DNA from: Candidatus Accumulibacter proximus
GTDB lineage: Bacteria; Pseudomonadota; Gammaproteobacteria; Burkholderiales; Rhodocyclaceae
Length of the DNA stretch: 64,000 bases
Direction: 5' to 3'
Assembly (NCBI GenBank): GCA_016709675.1
Contig: JADJMH010000016.1
Coordinates: forward strand, 94,822-158,821
The position numbers and the translations under genes are program-made. Below are positions 20,650 to 31,478 of this stretch, piece by piece (the stretch's first letter is position 1; every line of letters begins with the position of its first letter). Under the pieces are notes generated by a model. It saw only the letters and a program-made list of their open reading frames with translations. It had not been told where the DNA came from and did no database searches.

Positions 20650-22244
20650 AAGAACATGGGACCGGCGCAAGAGAAACCGAAAACCGCAGTTGACGCCGCA
20701 GACGTCCGGGAGATCCCCGAAGCGGACTGCGCAGCGGGCAAATCAACGGAGAACGTACCACGAGCCGCCCCGCACGACCCGCCGATTGTCACGGTTTGCC
20801 GAGAGGTTCTCCCGCTCTGCGTCGCGCACGTCGTAGGGGCATCCGAAATCCGGCTTGTCAGTCTTCTATCCCCAGAGGCTGCGCGTCCATTCCCAGACGT
20901 TGCCGGCCCCATGTCCTCGCAAGACCCAAGGGACTGCGGCCACGCGAAAAGCAGCCTGGAGTCGTCGTGTGGCCAATATCCTCCTCGGCATTGGCCAGTT
21001 CAGCGTCCCACTCGTCGCCCCAAGGGTACCGACGCTGCGCTTGCGCGTTCGCTTGCAGCGCGCATCGCGGCGACGCGAAGCCGTCGGCAAGACTCGTACG
21101 GATCGCACCGCGCGCGATGTCGACGCCGCCGCGTGCCGCTTTCTCCCATTCGGCTTCTGATGGCAGCGTCAGCTCCCAGCCCGCGGGCAGACGCGCGCGC
21201 CAGTGTGCGTAGAGCCAGCGGCAGAACGCGAGCGCGTCGTACCAGGGTATCCACGCCAGCGGACGATTGTCGAAGTCCTGCAACGCCTCGGGGCGGTGCT
21301 CGGCGTAGCCGCTGGCTTCGACGAACTGCCGGAACTGCGCGACGGTGACCGGAGACTCGCCGATCCAGTAGTCGTGGTTGGGCGTGCCGTTCTCGTGCAG
21401 CGGCGCGTCGTCGTCGCCTCTCGCCCATCCAGAAGGGGCCGCGCGGGACGAAGACGAAGCGCATGGTATCGACTTCGAGCAGCTGTCGGGGCGGGTCGTC
21501 GCCAAGCTGCGCCAGCAGATCGCCGGCGGGCGCGCGTTCGCGTGCGTGCCGCGCTTGCAGGCTCGGTTTGAACGCGGCGAGGTCGGTCTCGTGCAGCACT
21601 TGTGCGGCGAGCAGCGCTCCCCAATGCGCTTCGGCGTCGTCCGGCGCGTCGTCTTCGGCGCAGAGCGCTTCGACGAGTTCCCCGATCGCCGACGGCGATG
21701 CTTTCGAACGTGCGGCGGCGAGCAGCGTCACTTCGCGCCAGCGGATCGGGTCGCTGCGCCAGCCGGCTCAGCGTGTCGGGATAGTCGAAGCGCGAGGTGG
21801 CAGGCGGCGAGGTATTCCTGAAACGAGCGGTGGGGGAACTGGTAAAGCCCTTCGCTGTGCGAGGCGAGCAGCCCGGCGCGGTCGCGCAGGTCCTCCTCGA
21901 GCCGCTTGAGCCGCATGTCGGGGTTCGACGAGGCGGCGTAGACCGCGTCGATCAGCGTGCTCTGGCAGATGTCGGCAGTGCCGGTGAGCTGCGGTTGCGG
22001 CAGGTAGGCTTTGTCGGCGAGCCTGTCGAGCCTTGTTCTCGACGACCATCACGAAAATGTCACGCTCACGGATTGCGCGGTTGTAGTCGTCCTGCAGCGG
22101 CGTGCGCGACATCGCGCCGAGGAAGTCTTCCCAAAGCACCAGCTCGAGGAAGACACCCTGCGACACCCATTGCCAGTTCTCGCGTCCGACGTAGATTTCG
22201 AAGGCGCGACGGCCTACTCCAGCGGGCGATTGTGATGACGCCAT
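20650..22244 (-). pseudogene. DUF4062-like + NACHT-associated + FGE-sulfatase protein, multiply frameshifted and deleted; DGR-target-like C-terminus
   Basis: Pieces in several frames: [22 protein letters not shown]; [14 protein letters not shown]; VPRGPFWMG; PVTVAQF; LPSEAEWEKAARG; YPWG; GNVWEWT; RVVRGGSW...GFR with internal stops. Confidence 0.75.
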
Positions 22245-22357
22245 TGCGCGGGGGGACTAAACTGACCGGTCCGCGCCTGCAAGGGCGCCGTCAGGCGCCA
22301 ATGCCGCTCGAAGCTGTTACATTGGTCAACGTTCAACACACAAGGAATGCATGCTTA

Positions 22358-22735
22358 ATGATCAAGATCGATTTTGAGAAAATGGGCGGGTTGATCCCTG
22401 CCGTGATCCAGGATGCCGAGAACGGCGAGGTGCTGATGGTCGCCTTCATGGACGAAAAGACGTTGAATCTGACGCTGGAGTCCGGCAAGACCTGGTTCTT
22501 CAGTCGCTCGCGCAACAAATACTGGATGAAGGGCGAGGAGTCCGGCAACACGCAGGACGTCGTCGAGGTATTCACCGACTGCGATGCCGATACGGTGGTG
22601 ATCAAGGTCAGGCAGAACGGCCCCGCGGCCTGTCATACCGGTAACCGCAGCTGCTTTTTTGTGAAATGGGAAGGAGGCGCCTGGGTGGAGCACTCCAATC
22701 CCCTGTTCGACCCAGTGCAGGTGTACCAGAAATGA
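22358..22735 (+). CDS. hisI: Phosphoribosyl-AMP cyclohydrolase
   Basis: GLIPAVIQD...[13 protein letters not shown]...W.KGEESG, DCD.D, ACHTG.RSCF. Confidence 0.95.
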   Translation: MIKIDFEKMGGLIPAVIQDAENGEVLMVAFMDEKTLNLTLESGKTWFFSRSRNKYWMKGEESGNTQDVVEVFTDCDADTVVIKVRQNGPAACHTGNRSCFFVKWEGGAWVEHSNPLFDPVQVYQK

Positions 22736-23621
22736 AGCAAGCCGTGATGGACAATCTCCTGAAGTTCGGCATTCCCAAGGGAAGCCTGGAGGAGGCCACC
22801 GTCGAGCTGTTCCGCAAGGCCGGCTGGCGAATCACCACCACATCGCGCAGCTACTTCCCAAGCGTCGACGATGAAGAAATGAAATGCAGCCTCATCCGAC
22901 CCCAGGAGATGGGCAGGTACGTCGAACGAGGGACCATCGACGTCGGCATTGCCGGCCGGGACTGGGTCCGGGAGAGCGATTCGGATGTCGTCGAAATCTG
23001 CGAGATGGTCTATTCCAAGGTCTCCCGCGGCGCGGTTCGCTGGGTCCTGGTGGTCAATGATGATTCCAGGGTTCGCTCACCGGAGGATCTTCGCGGCGGC
23101 ACCATTTCGACGGAACTGGTGGGCTTCACCAAGCGTTACTTCGCCGAGCGCAACATTCCGGTCACCGTTGAATTCTCATGGGGCGCCACCGAGGCCAAGG
23201 TGGTCGAGGGGCTGTGCGACGCCATCGTCGAGGTCACCGAGACAGGTTCGACCATTCGTGCCAATGGCCTGCGCATCGTCTGCGACCTGATGGAGTCACT
23301 GCCGGTCATGATCGCTAACCGGCGGGCATGGGAAGACCCCTGGAAGCGCGTCAAGATCGACCAGATCGCTACCCTGCTGCAATCGACGTTGCGCGCGGAA
23401 GGGATGGTGGGCCTCAAGATGAACGCCCGGGAGACCGTGTTGCCGCCATCACCGACATCCTCCCGAGCCTCAACAACCCGACGGTTGCCCATCTATACAA
23501 TTCCGACTGGGTTTCGATCGAGACCATCCTGCCGGAAAGGAAGGTTCGAAGCATCGTTCCGGAACTGATGAAGCTCGGTGCCGAGGGAATCGTCGAGTAC
23601 CCGTTGAACAAGATCATCTGA
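22732..23621 (+). CDS. hisG: ATP phosphoribosyltransferase, long form, frameshifted near 23432
   Basis: [42 protein letters not shown]. The C-terminal regulatory domain (LPSLNNPTV...[14 protein letters not shown]) is in a shifted frame. Confidence 0.9.
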
Positions 23622-24007
23622 GCAGATTGGCGCGCTGGCGATTCCTTGCAGGAACCGTCATTCGCGCTTTGGCCGGGATGTCGATCCAGCTAGTCCGGCA
23701 GGTCCTGCAGAGTACCCTGTCCTGCCCGCTGGCCTGCCGGCGCGGTTTGTTGCCGCCCGCGTCGGCGACATCCTGACCCATCCGGGCGAGCCGATGTCGC
23801 CGCTGCGCCCGAACCCTGGCGCGCGGACCACCGCTCTGGGAGAACCGGGAGAAGGTCGGTGCGCCGGACGGTCGATTGTGGCAGAATCAGGCATCTTCGA
23901 ATGCTCCCCCCATCCTGGTCTTCCTTCGCCGGCGGACTCCGTTGACCGTATTCCACGCCGGTTGCAGGCCGATCGGTGCTGTTCGACCGCTTGAGCAGAG
24001 ACCCCCC

Positions 24008-24721
24008 ATGACCACAGAGCTGCTTTTCCGTGACGACGCCTACCTGGTCTCCGCCAGCGGGCAGGTCGTCACGGTGCACGCCAAGGGCATCGAGCTGGAC
24101 CGGACGATTTTCTATCCGCTCGGCGGCGGCCAGGTAGGCGATACTGGCTTCCTGGTGCGAGGCAACGGCGAACGCATAACCATCGCCGATACCCGCAAGG
24201 ACCACGCGCTCGACGCGGTGTTGCACCTGCCGGCGGCCGGTGCAACGCAACTGGAAGTGGGCGAAACACTGACGCTCGAAATCGACTGGCCTCGCCGTTA
24301 TCGCCTGATGCGCCTGCATACTGCGCTGCATGTGATGTCCTGCGTGGTGGCAGCGCCGGTGACTGGCGGCCACATCGCGCCCGACAAGGCGCGTCTCGAC
24401 TTCGACATCGACATGGGCCTGCTCGATGGCCAACGGATCGAAAGCGAGGTGAACGCCCTGATCAGTCGCGGTATCGACACCGAAACCGTCTGGATCACCG
24501 ACGACGAACTGGATGCGAGACCCGAACTGGTCAAGACGATGAGCGTACAGCCACCACGCGGTTCGGGACGGGTACGCCTGCTGCACATCGCCGGCATCGA
24601 TCTGCAACCCTGTGGCGGAACGCACGTGAGGAACATCGGTGAAATCGGCGCCATCCGGGTGCTCCGAATCCGCAACGAAGGCAAGCACAACCGGCGCGTC
24701 GAAATTGCGCTCGCGGACTGA
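24008..24721 (+). CDS. alaX: Alanyl-tRNA editing protein (AlaX)
   Basis: MTTELLFRDDAY, FYPLGGGQ.GD.G, MRLHTALH, QPCGGTH. Confidence 0.92.
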   Translation: MTTELLFRDDAYLVSASGQVVTVHAKGIELDRTIFYPLGGGQVGDTGFLVRGNGERITIADTRKDHALDAVLHLPAAGATQLEVGETLTLEIDWPRRYRLMRLHTALHVMSCVVAAPVTGGHIAPDKARLDFDIDMGLLDGQRIESEVNALISRGIDTETVWITDDELDARPELVKTMSVQPPRGSGRVRLLHIAGIDLQPCGGTHVRNIGEIGAIRVLRIRNEGKHNRRVEIALAD

Positions 24722-25216
24722 AGCAGTTCACGCAGCAATGCTTGCGAGCGTGCCGCCGCCTCCTGTGTTGGTCCGCCCAACGAGTCCGGTCCCTGGCATG
24801 GTCGCGCCGATGCAGACGATCATCTCCTTATCTGAGCTGTCCAGGATCTGCGCTTCCGGCAAGTCTTCCTTGCGCTGGTAGAGCTTCACCTTGCTGAGAA
24901 GAATCGGGATGCCGGGATCGACGAGGTTGGCAAGGAAGTCAAGGAGGTGCTGTGATGAACGCGCACTACTTCATTGCTCTGATCGGTCCAGCGGCACCAG
25001 CGGATGACCACAGGTGCTGAGCGGGGGGGGCTCGGATGACTGGGCCAAATTCGAGATTGAGGCTCCTCGATGGAGCCCCATATACTTTTCATGGCGCCGT
25101 TGGATTTCCGACGTTCATAGTGAAGTTTCCCAAGGCGGTTGCGCCGGACGACAAGAGTGTGGCGGGATGGCATCCAAGGGGTGCCGGCACCGTCACGGAG
25201 GGGGAGCAGCGAATTC

Positions 25217-25726
25217 ATGGATGCGCTCTTGCAGCTCGCCGATGTCAGCCTGATCATCGGCCAGACACGGGTGCTCGACCATCTGGATTTCGCGATGGAG
25301 CAGGGTGAGATCCACGCGCTGCTTGGCGCCAACGGCTGCGGCAAGAGCAGCCTGGCCTTCATGGTGATGGGCTGCCAAGGTTACGCGCCGAGTTCTGGCT
25401 CGGTGCGGTTCGCCGGCGAGCGCAAGCGAATCGAAATGGCAGCGATGCTGGCCATTCAACCGAGGCTGGCCATACTTGATGAACCGGCCGCCCGCGTTGA
25501 TGTGCTGTCGCTGGATGAGGTCACCGAGGCGATCCGCAAGCTTCGCTCGGGCGGCTCGTCGGTACTGCTGATCACCCACCAGGAGGACGTCGCCGCGTGT
25601 GCCGACCGGGCCTCGCAGCTGTTCGCCGGAACCATCGTCTTCAGCGGTTCGCCGGCAGCAGTTGCCGAACACTATCGCGGACGTTCGTGCGTCCGCTGCG
25701 ACCGGAGCGTGTGCGCTCATGCCTGA
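25217..25726 (+). pseudogene. SufC/SmsC-like ABC ATPase with internal deletion
   Basis: Walker A GANGCGKS; GSVRFAG is joined directly to ERKRIE (Q-loop and helical domain missing); ILDEP, ITH; C-terminal CVRC. Confidence 0.7.
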
Positions 25727-26363
25727 ATTGCGACTGATATTCGAGGCTTTGCGCATCGTCGGTGTCGACCCGACGCCCCTGCGCACCGCCGACACGGCGC
25801 ACACGGTCGCCATCGGCCAGCAGGTGACCAGCGAGCACGGCATTGCCGGCCTCAGCCTAGCCGCCGCCGCCGTCGATGATGAGATCCGGGTCTGGCTCAC
25901 CGCCCTCGAAGGCGCCCGGATCGTCCAACCGGTCCACCTATGCATGGGACTGTTCGAACCAACCGGGACGCAGAAGGTGAGGATGGACATTCGCCTCAAA
26001 GCCGGATCGAGCGCGTCGTTTCTCGCCCACTGCCTGTTCACCCGTCCGGCGTCGGCCAGCCACAGCATGCAGGCGGACATCACGATCGCCGCCGCCGACG
26101 ACACCCGTGCCGAAGTGATCGGCATCACCGAAGGCAACGCACCCGGCGCCCGAGGTCACGTCGATCGCATGGAGATCGTCCACGACCGCGCCCAGGTCAG
26201 CGCCAATCCGCTGGTGAGGGTCAGCCACCCGCAGGCCAAGGTCACGCACGAGGCGGCCATCGGCAGCGTCGATCACCAGCAGCTTGAGACGCTGATGACG
26301 CGCGGACTGACGCCGGATGCGGCGGTCGACCTGATTGTCAGAGGCCTTCTGCGGCAGTCCTGA
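25719..26363 (+). pseudogene. SufB/SufD (SmsB-like) Fe-S scaffold, probably internally deleted
   Basis: PVHLCMG, ARGHVD.MEIV, AKVTHEAAIGSVD..QLETLM.RGL....AVDLIV.G; unusually short. Confidence 0.7.
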
Positions 26364-26559
26364 ACACAGCGCCAGCGCATGGGGCGCAACAAGACAAGAC
26401 AAGGTACTTGAAGAAATCAAAGGTAGTCCCAATTTCTTCCCCGACGGCCGTTCGGCCAGCGGGAGTCGTCTCTCGTCGTCCGACGCGGCCTCGTCGTGCC
26501 GACGGCACTGCGACTTCATCAATTCATCGAATAATTTGTTTCGCATGCGAGATAGCGTC

Positions 26560-27256
26560 ATGCAGATGCGTCCCCTTTACGACCGTACGTCGCTGCGGGA
26601 ATGAATCCGACGGACCTCAAGCGCGGTATCGACAAGGCGGTAAACGCGGTCGTCGAGGAACTTAAGGAGCTCTCCAGACCGTGCACCACGCGCAAGGAGA
26701 TCGCCCAGGTGGGCGCCAACTCGGTCAACTTGGACAGCGCCATCGGCGACATCATTGCCCAGGCGATGGGCAAGGTGGGCGCAGCCACCGAGGTCGAGAT
26801 GACGGAAAAGAGGGATGGCGTCGAGGACGCCCTGCATGCGACGCCTGCTGCCGTCGAGGAGGGTATCGTACCCGGTGGCAGCGTGGCCTTACTGCGCGGC
26901 CGCGCGGCGATCCAGGCGATCAAGGGCGACAATCATGACCAGGAGGCGGGGATCACGATCGTCCTGCATGCCCTGGAACAGCCGCTGCGGGCGATCGCCG
27001 CCAATGCGGGGATGAGCGTTCGGTGGTGGTGACCAAGATCGAGGCTGGCGAGCGCAACTTCGGTTACAACGCCACCAGCGGCGAGTACGGCGATCTGGTC
27101 GCCATGGGAGTCATCGATCCGACCAAGGTGACGCGCAACGCGCTTCAGAACGCGACCTCGATCGCCGGACTGATCCTCACCACCGAAGCCATGGTCGCCG
27201 AAGTGCCCAAGCAAGAGAAGGCCGCGGTACCGGCGACGCCGGAGACGGACTACTGA
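26560..27256 (+). pseudogene. groEL: groES-groEL operon remnant with two large deletions and a frameshift
   Basis: MQMRPLYDR (GroES start, 26560) abuts [18 protein letters not shown] (GroEL); AMGKVG is joined to AATEVEM; VEEGIVPGG; [15 protein letters not shown]; G-run frameshift near 27010. Confidence 0.9.
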
Positions 27257-27497
27257 GCCAGCACGGCACGCCCATCTGACCGTCAGCAATGAAATGCGTG
27301 GAAAGCCAAAGACCGACGCTGTAAGGCTGCTGGCGCAATCGTCAGGTGCAGGGACCTGCCCGATATGGCAACATGATGCATGGTGCTGCCAGTCAACCGG
27401 AAACAAGCGACCCGCTGCGGCGGGTCCTGACAGCCATCAACAGGTGGGCTGCCTGCCGGACCGGCAACCGGCAAATCTCGAACAGGGGGAGTTGGCA

Positions 27498-28232
27498 ATG
27501 AAGAAACCGGTTCTGGCGATTTTTCTGGCGATGGGGGCCGCGGCGCTTGCGCATGCCGCGCCGCCGGCAGCTGGTTCTACCGGCATCGGGATCAAGGATT
27601 ACCCATGGCAGGCGGAGACGGGGGAGAAAAGCGAAGCGCTGGAGCGCAAGGGTAACAGGAAGCGCGGTGAGGTCCTTTACGCGCTGTGCCGCAGTTGCCA
27701 CCAGCCGTCGGCGGGCGGACACTCCGACGGCAGCATCCCTCAACTCGCGGGTCAGCACAGCAGCGTGCTGATCAAGCAGATGGCCGACATCCGCGCCGGT
27801 TTGCGCGACAGCCCGACGATGTATCCGTTTGCTGCGGTACTGTCCGATCCGCAGGGTCTGGCCGATCTCGCCGCCTATCTCGAAGGGCTGTGCATTCCCC
27901 TCGAGCACGGCCAGTACGATGCTCAGGATGCAGTTCAGCAAGTGGCGAATGGCAGAGCTCTGTACGACAAGGAGTGCAGGGTGTGCCACGGAGTCAACGG
28001 CGAAGGTTCCAGGTACAAGCTCTATCCGGTGATCGCTGGACAGCACTATAAGTACCTGCTTCAGCAGATGACCCAGATCCGAGACGGCAAGCGCCGCAAC
28101 GCCAACCCAGAGATGGTCAGGATCATCAGCAAGTACAACGACGATCAACTGATCGCGATTTCGGCTTACCAGTCGAGTCTGGTGATGCCAGGAAAGGTGT
28201 GCAAGGTGAGGGGGCCAGCAAGGAAACTGTAG
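27498..28232 (+). CDS. Diheme cytochrome c4/c553-like
   Basis: Signal peptide; two heme motifs CRSCH and CRVCH; P.LAGQH repeated. Confidence 0.9.
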   Translation: MKKPVLAIFLAMGAAALAHAAPPAAGSTGIGIKDYPWQAETGEKSEALERKGNRKRGEVLYALCRSCHQPSAGGHSDGSIPQLAGQHSSVLIKQMADIRAGLRDSPTMYPFAAVLSDPQGLADLAAYLEGLCIPLEHGQYDAQDAVQQVANGRALYDKECRVCHGVNGEGSRYKLYPVIAGQHYKYLLQQMTQIRDGKRRNANPEMVRIISKYNDDQLIAISAYQSSLVMPGKVCKVRGPARKL

Positions 28233-28379
28233 GCACGCTGTCCCAGCGCAACGACCGTCGATCAGCCTGCTGCCGGGGGTAGAGCACGGCTTGAAGAACT
28301 GCCAGGTATCCGAGCGATGGCGCAAGCAGCCGCGCCAATCCTGATCGACACCGCTTGCCAGCAGTGCGGGAGATGGTGT

Positions 28380-28463
28380 TGTGGACAACCCCGGGAGAGT
28401 CCGCCGCTGTCCACAGAATCTGCTGGCAACACTGTGGGTAAGCGGTGGACAAGCTGTGGACAG
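28380..28463. promoter_or_regulatory. Cluster of five DnaA-box-like 9-mers
   Basis: TGTGGACAA 28380, CTGTCCACA 28407, TGTGGGTAA 28433, GGTGGACAA 28444, TGTGGACAG 28455; each has 1-2 mismatches to TGTGGATAA/TTATCCACA. Confidence 0.55.
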
Positions 28464-28699
28464 CTGCCCTGGACCGGCCTCAGGCAAGGGAGACCTTGTG
28501 CCGCGCAAGAATTAGGCGTCACCGTCAACGATGAGGAAGGTGCGCCGTGTCGGTCGGAAAACGCAGGCAACTTCCGTTCCGGCTACCAGACGAATCACGG
28601 TGGAACGAGTTGCCTGAAATCAGCTGTTGGCCGACCTTTCCGGGTTGACGTGAATGCCCTGAGACACATTCTCGTTTGCGGCGGACTCTGCGGTTGGTA

Positions 28700-29109
28700 A
28701 GATTGGAGGGGAGGAATGTTTCCCCGCCATTCATCTGGCATGGCGCGCCTGCGGCAGCAAAGAGCCTGGTCATTATCGTGGGCGATTCGGATGCACCAGA
28801 TCCGGCAGCGCCACGCATGACCTGGGTTCATTGGCTGGTGTACAACCTGCCTGCGGACACCACCGGGCTGCCCGAGGCAGCGCAGTCGTTTCCCACTGGC
28901 ACGCTGGATGGACTCAACGATTGGGGCGCGCCGGCTACGCTGGCCCCTGTCCCCCCATCGGTCGGCACCGCTATTTTCACAAGCTCTACGCGCTTGACGT
29001 CGTGTTGCCCGACTTGAAGCAGCCGAACAGAAAGTCCCTCGAACAAGCCGTGAAAGGACATGTCGTTGCGGAAGCCCAGTTGGTCGGCAACCATGAAAAG
29101 GGGCGTTGA
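28700..29109 (+). pseudogene. YbhB/YbcL (PEBP/RKIP-like) protein, 5'-truncated and frameshifted
   Basis: G.NVSPP..W, D.DAPDP, WVHWLVYNLP, GLNDWG, then GY.GPCPPIGRHRYFHKLYALD in a shifted frame (G run near 28925). Confidence 0.8.
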
Positions 29110-29355
29110 TGTCGCTTCGTACCTACGCCAACGCGAACTGTCTGGTTGGCGTAACTGCAGGGGGCTGCGGCCACCATGGGGCCGATAGATCCCGGTCGCG
29201 TGCAGACCACGCTGCACCAAAGACCGAGCACGGTCAGTTGCCATGATGGGGAATCGACTCCTGGCGCGTCAGTGCCGTTCAGTCCAGGTCTATCGGCGTT
29301 GCGAAGGAGGTAGAATGCGCTCTCGGCTTGGCAGACACTCAACGGGAGCGAAGGA

Positions 29356-29730
29356 GTGGACAAAGTGAAGGACATTGAAAAGGCAATTGGCGCCCATGCG
29401 CTATGGATGTCGGAACTTCGGCAGGCCATCCTCGACGCTCGTCCGGGCATTGAAGTAGGCGGCATTCGGGCAGACGACCAGTGTGATTTCGGTCAGTGGT
29501 TGTACGGTTCTCGCCTATCGGCGGCTGACCGCATGACCGAGAGTTACCAGGAGGTCCGCCGCCTGCACGCCGAATTCCACGATCTGGCAGCGCTGGTGGT
29601 CGAAAGAGCAGCGGCTGGCAGGATAGTCGATGCTTATGCTCTGCTCTACGACGAATACGTCACGATGTCCGGCAGGCTTGCCCTTGCCATGCGGGCGTGG
29701 CAGCAGCGCTTGCTGCAGGGCCTTGAGTGA
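29356..29730 (+). CDS. Standalone CZB (chemoreceptor zinc-binding) domain protein
   Basis: AH..W, C.FGQWLY, H.EFH zinc-ligand pattern. Confidence 0.85.
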   Translation: MDKVKDIEKAIGAHALWMSELRQAILDARPGIEVGGIRADDQCDFGQWLYGSRLSAADRMTESYQEVRRLHAEFHDLAALVVERAAAGRIVDAYALLYDEYVTMSGRLALAMRAWQQRLLQGLE

Positions 29731-29737
29731 AGCGAGA

Positions 29738-30238
29738 TCACGACGAGTCAGCGTCACTGTTTGAGGCCATGTAGCGGGCTGCCAGATCGTCAATGCTGCG
29801 CAGGCGGCGGCTGAGTTCCCTGGCCAGGTTCATGACGATCAGCGTGAAGGTCGGGGGGTCGAACTCGTAAATATGGAGCAAATCACCGTTGCTCAACGCC
29901 AGCGTCGAGACCGACTCGAGGGCGCGTACCGTGGCCGACCGGCGCTGCATGTCGATCAACTCCATCTCGCCGAAGACATCGCCCACTGTCAGGACGGCGA
30001 TACGCTTGCCGAATACGCCTGCCGCCTCAGGACTGGCCTTCAAGACTTCGACCGACCCGCTGCAGATCACGAACAGCGAGTCGCCGTCTTCGCCTTCCTG
30101 AACGATGACCTCTCCAGCCGCAAAATCCCGTTCGCGCATCAACGGCATGATTTTCTGCATCGCCTGATCGTCAACCCCACCGAACAGTGGTTGATCCTGA
30201 AGGAAGCGGGCGGTCTTCACGGAGTACTCCTGCGGCAA
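29738..30238 (-). CDS. Cyclic nucleotide-binding domain protein
   Basis: PLF, GEVIVQEGEDGDSLFVI.SG.VEV, GDVFGEM.LID...RSATVRA. Confidence 0.9.
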   Translation of the reverse strand: MPQEYSVKTARFLQDQPLFGGVDDQAMQKIMPLMRERDFAAGEVIVQEGEDGDSLFVICSGSVEVLKASPEAAGVFGKRIAVLTVGDVFGEMELIDMQRRSATVRALESVSTLALSNGDLLHIYEFDPPTFTLIVMNLARELSRRLRSIDDLAARYMASNSDADSS

Positions 30239-30486
30239 CGGTCAATGGGCCACACTCGGGACGGCTGATATACAATTTTGCACCATGCCGAAGAAGAATA
30301 GAAGAAACCAAGAGGATCCGCCCGCCAGAAACTGGCCAGTAGGATGATCGTGCGCAATCAACCAGCATGGCTGTGATCCGATTTCGCCGGCCGAAGCGTC
30401 GCTTGAATGGTGCTTCTAGCCAACGGCTGTCAATCCGCTGCAGCCGCCGAGTGCCGTCTGGCGGGCAGCACGCCTGGACCAGGTGA

Positions 30487-30993
<507 letters not shown>

Positions 30994-30995
30994 GC

Positions 30996-31478
30996 GTGCA
31001 TATCCACATTTCCATCGGCAAGCAGACGCTGACCCTGTCCGATGACTCGGGCCGAGTGCTGCGTACCTATGCCGTATCTACGGCGACAAAGGGTGCCGGC
31101 GAACTCAGGGGCAGCTTATGCACGCCGCGCGGGAGGCACCTGGTGCGTGCCAGGATCGGCGCGGGACAGCCAGAGAATACGGTGTTCATCGGTCGTCGGC
31201 CGAGCGGCGAGGTCTACTCGCGAGAACTGGCCGAGCGCTTTCCCGGGCGCGACTGGATTCTGACGCGAATTATCTGGCTGTCCGGCTGCGAGCCCGGCCG
31301 CAACCGCCTCGGCCCGGTCGACACGATGCGCCGTTACGTGTACATCCACGGTAGCCCCGATACGGCGCCGATGGGCCGCCCGGGGTCGATTGGCTGTATC
31401 CGCATGCACAACATCGATATCGTCGACTTGTTCGACCAGGTACCGCCTTACACGCTGGTCGATATCAGCGAGGACTGA
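30996..31478 (+). CDS. L,D-transpeptidase (YkuD family)
   Basis: TPRG.H, WILTRIIWLSG.E, YIHG....S.GCIRM.N.D. Confidence 0.9.
   Translation: MHIHISIGKQTLTLSDDSGRVLRTYAVSTATKGAGELRGSLCTPRGRHLVRARIGAGQPENTVFIGRRPSGEVYSRELAERFPGRDWILTRIIWLSGCEPGRNRLGPVDTMRRYVYIHGSPDTAPMGRPGSIGCIRMHNIDIVDLFDQVPPYTLVDISED

Noticed and set aside
19800-22250. Complete, active DGR cassette
   Set aside because: No AAC-rich template repeat or avd was found, the RT lacks its catalytic core, and the targets are broken.
24725-25010. Minus-strand coding-like fragment (HLLDFLANLVDPGIPILLSKVKLYQRKEDLPEAQILD)
   Set aside because: Reads like a gene remnant, but it has no clear start and I cannot assign a family.
28300-28520. 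Chromosomal oriC
   Set aside because: No dnaA/dnaN/gidA context, no AT-rich unwinding element, all boxes degenerate, and a dif-like site lies nearby.
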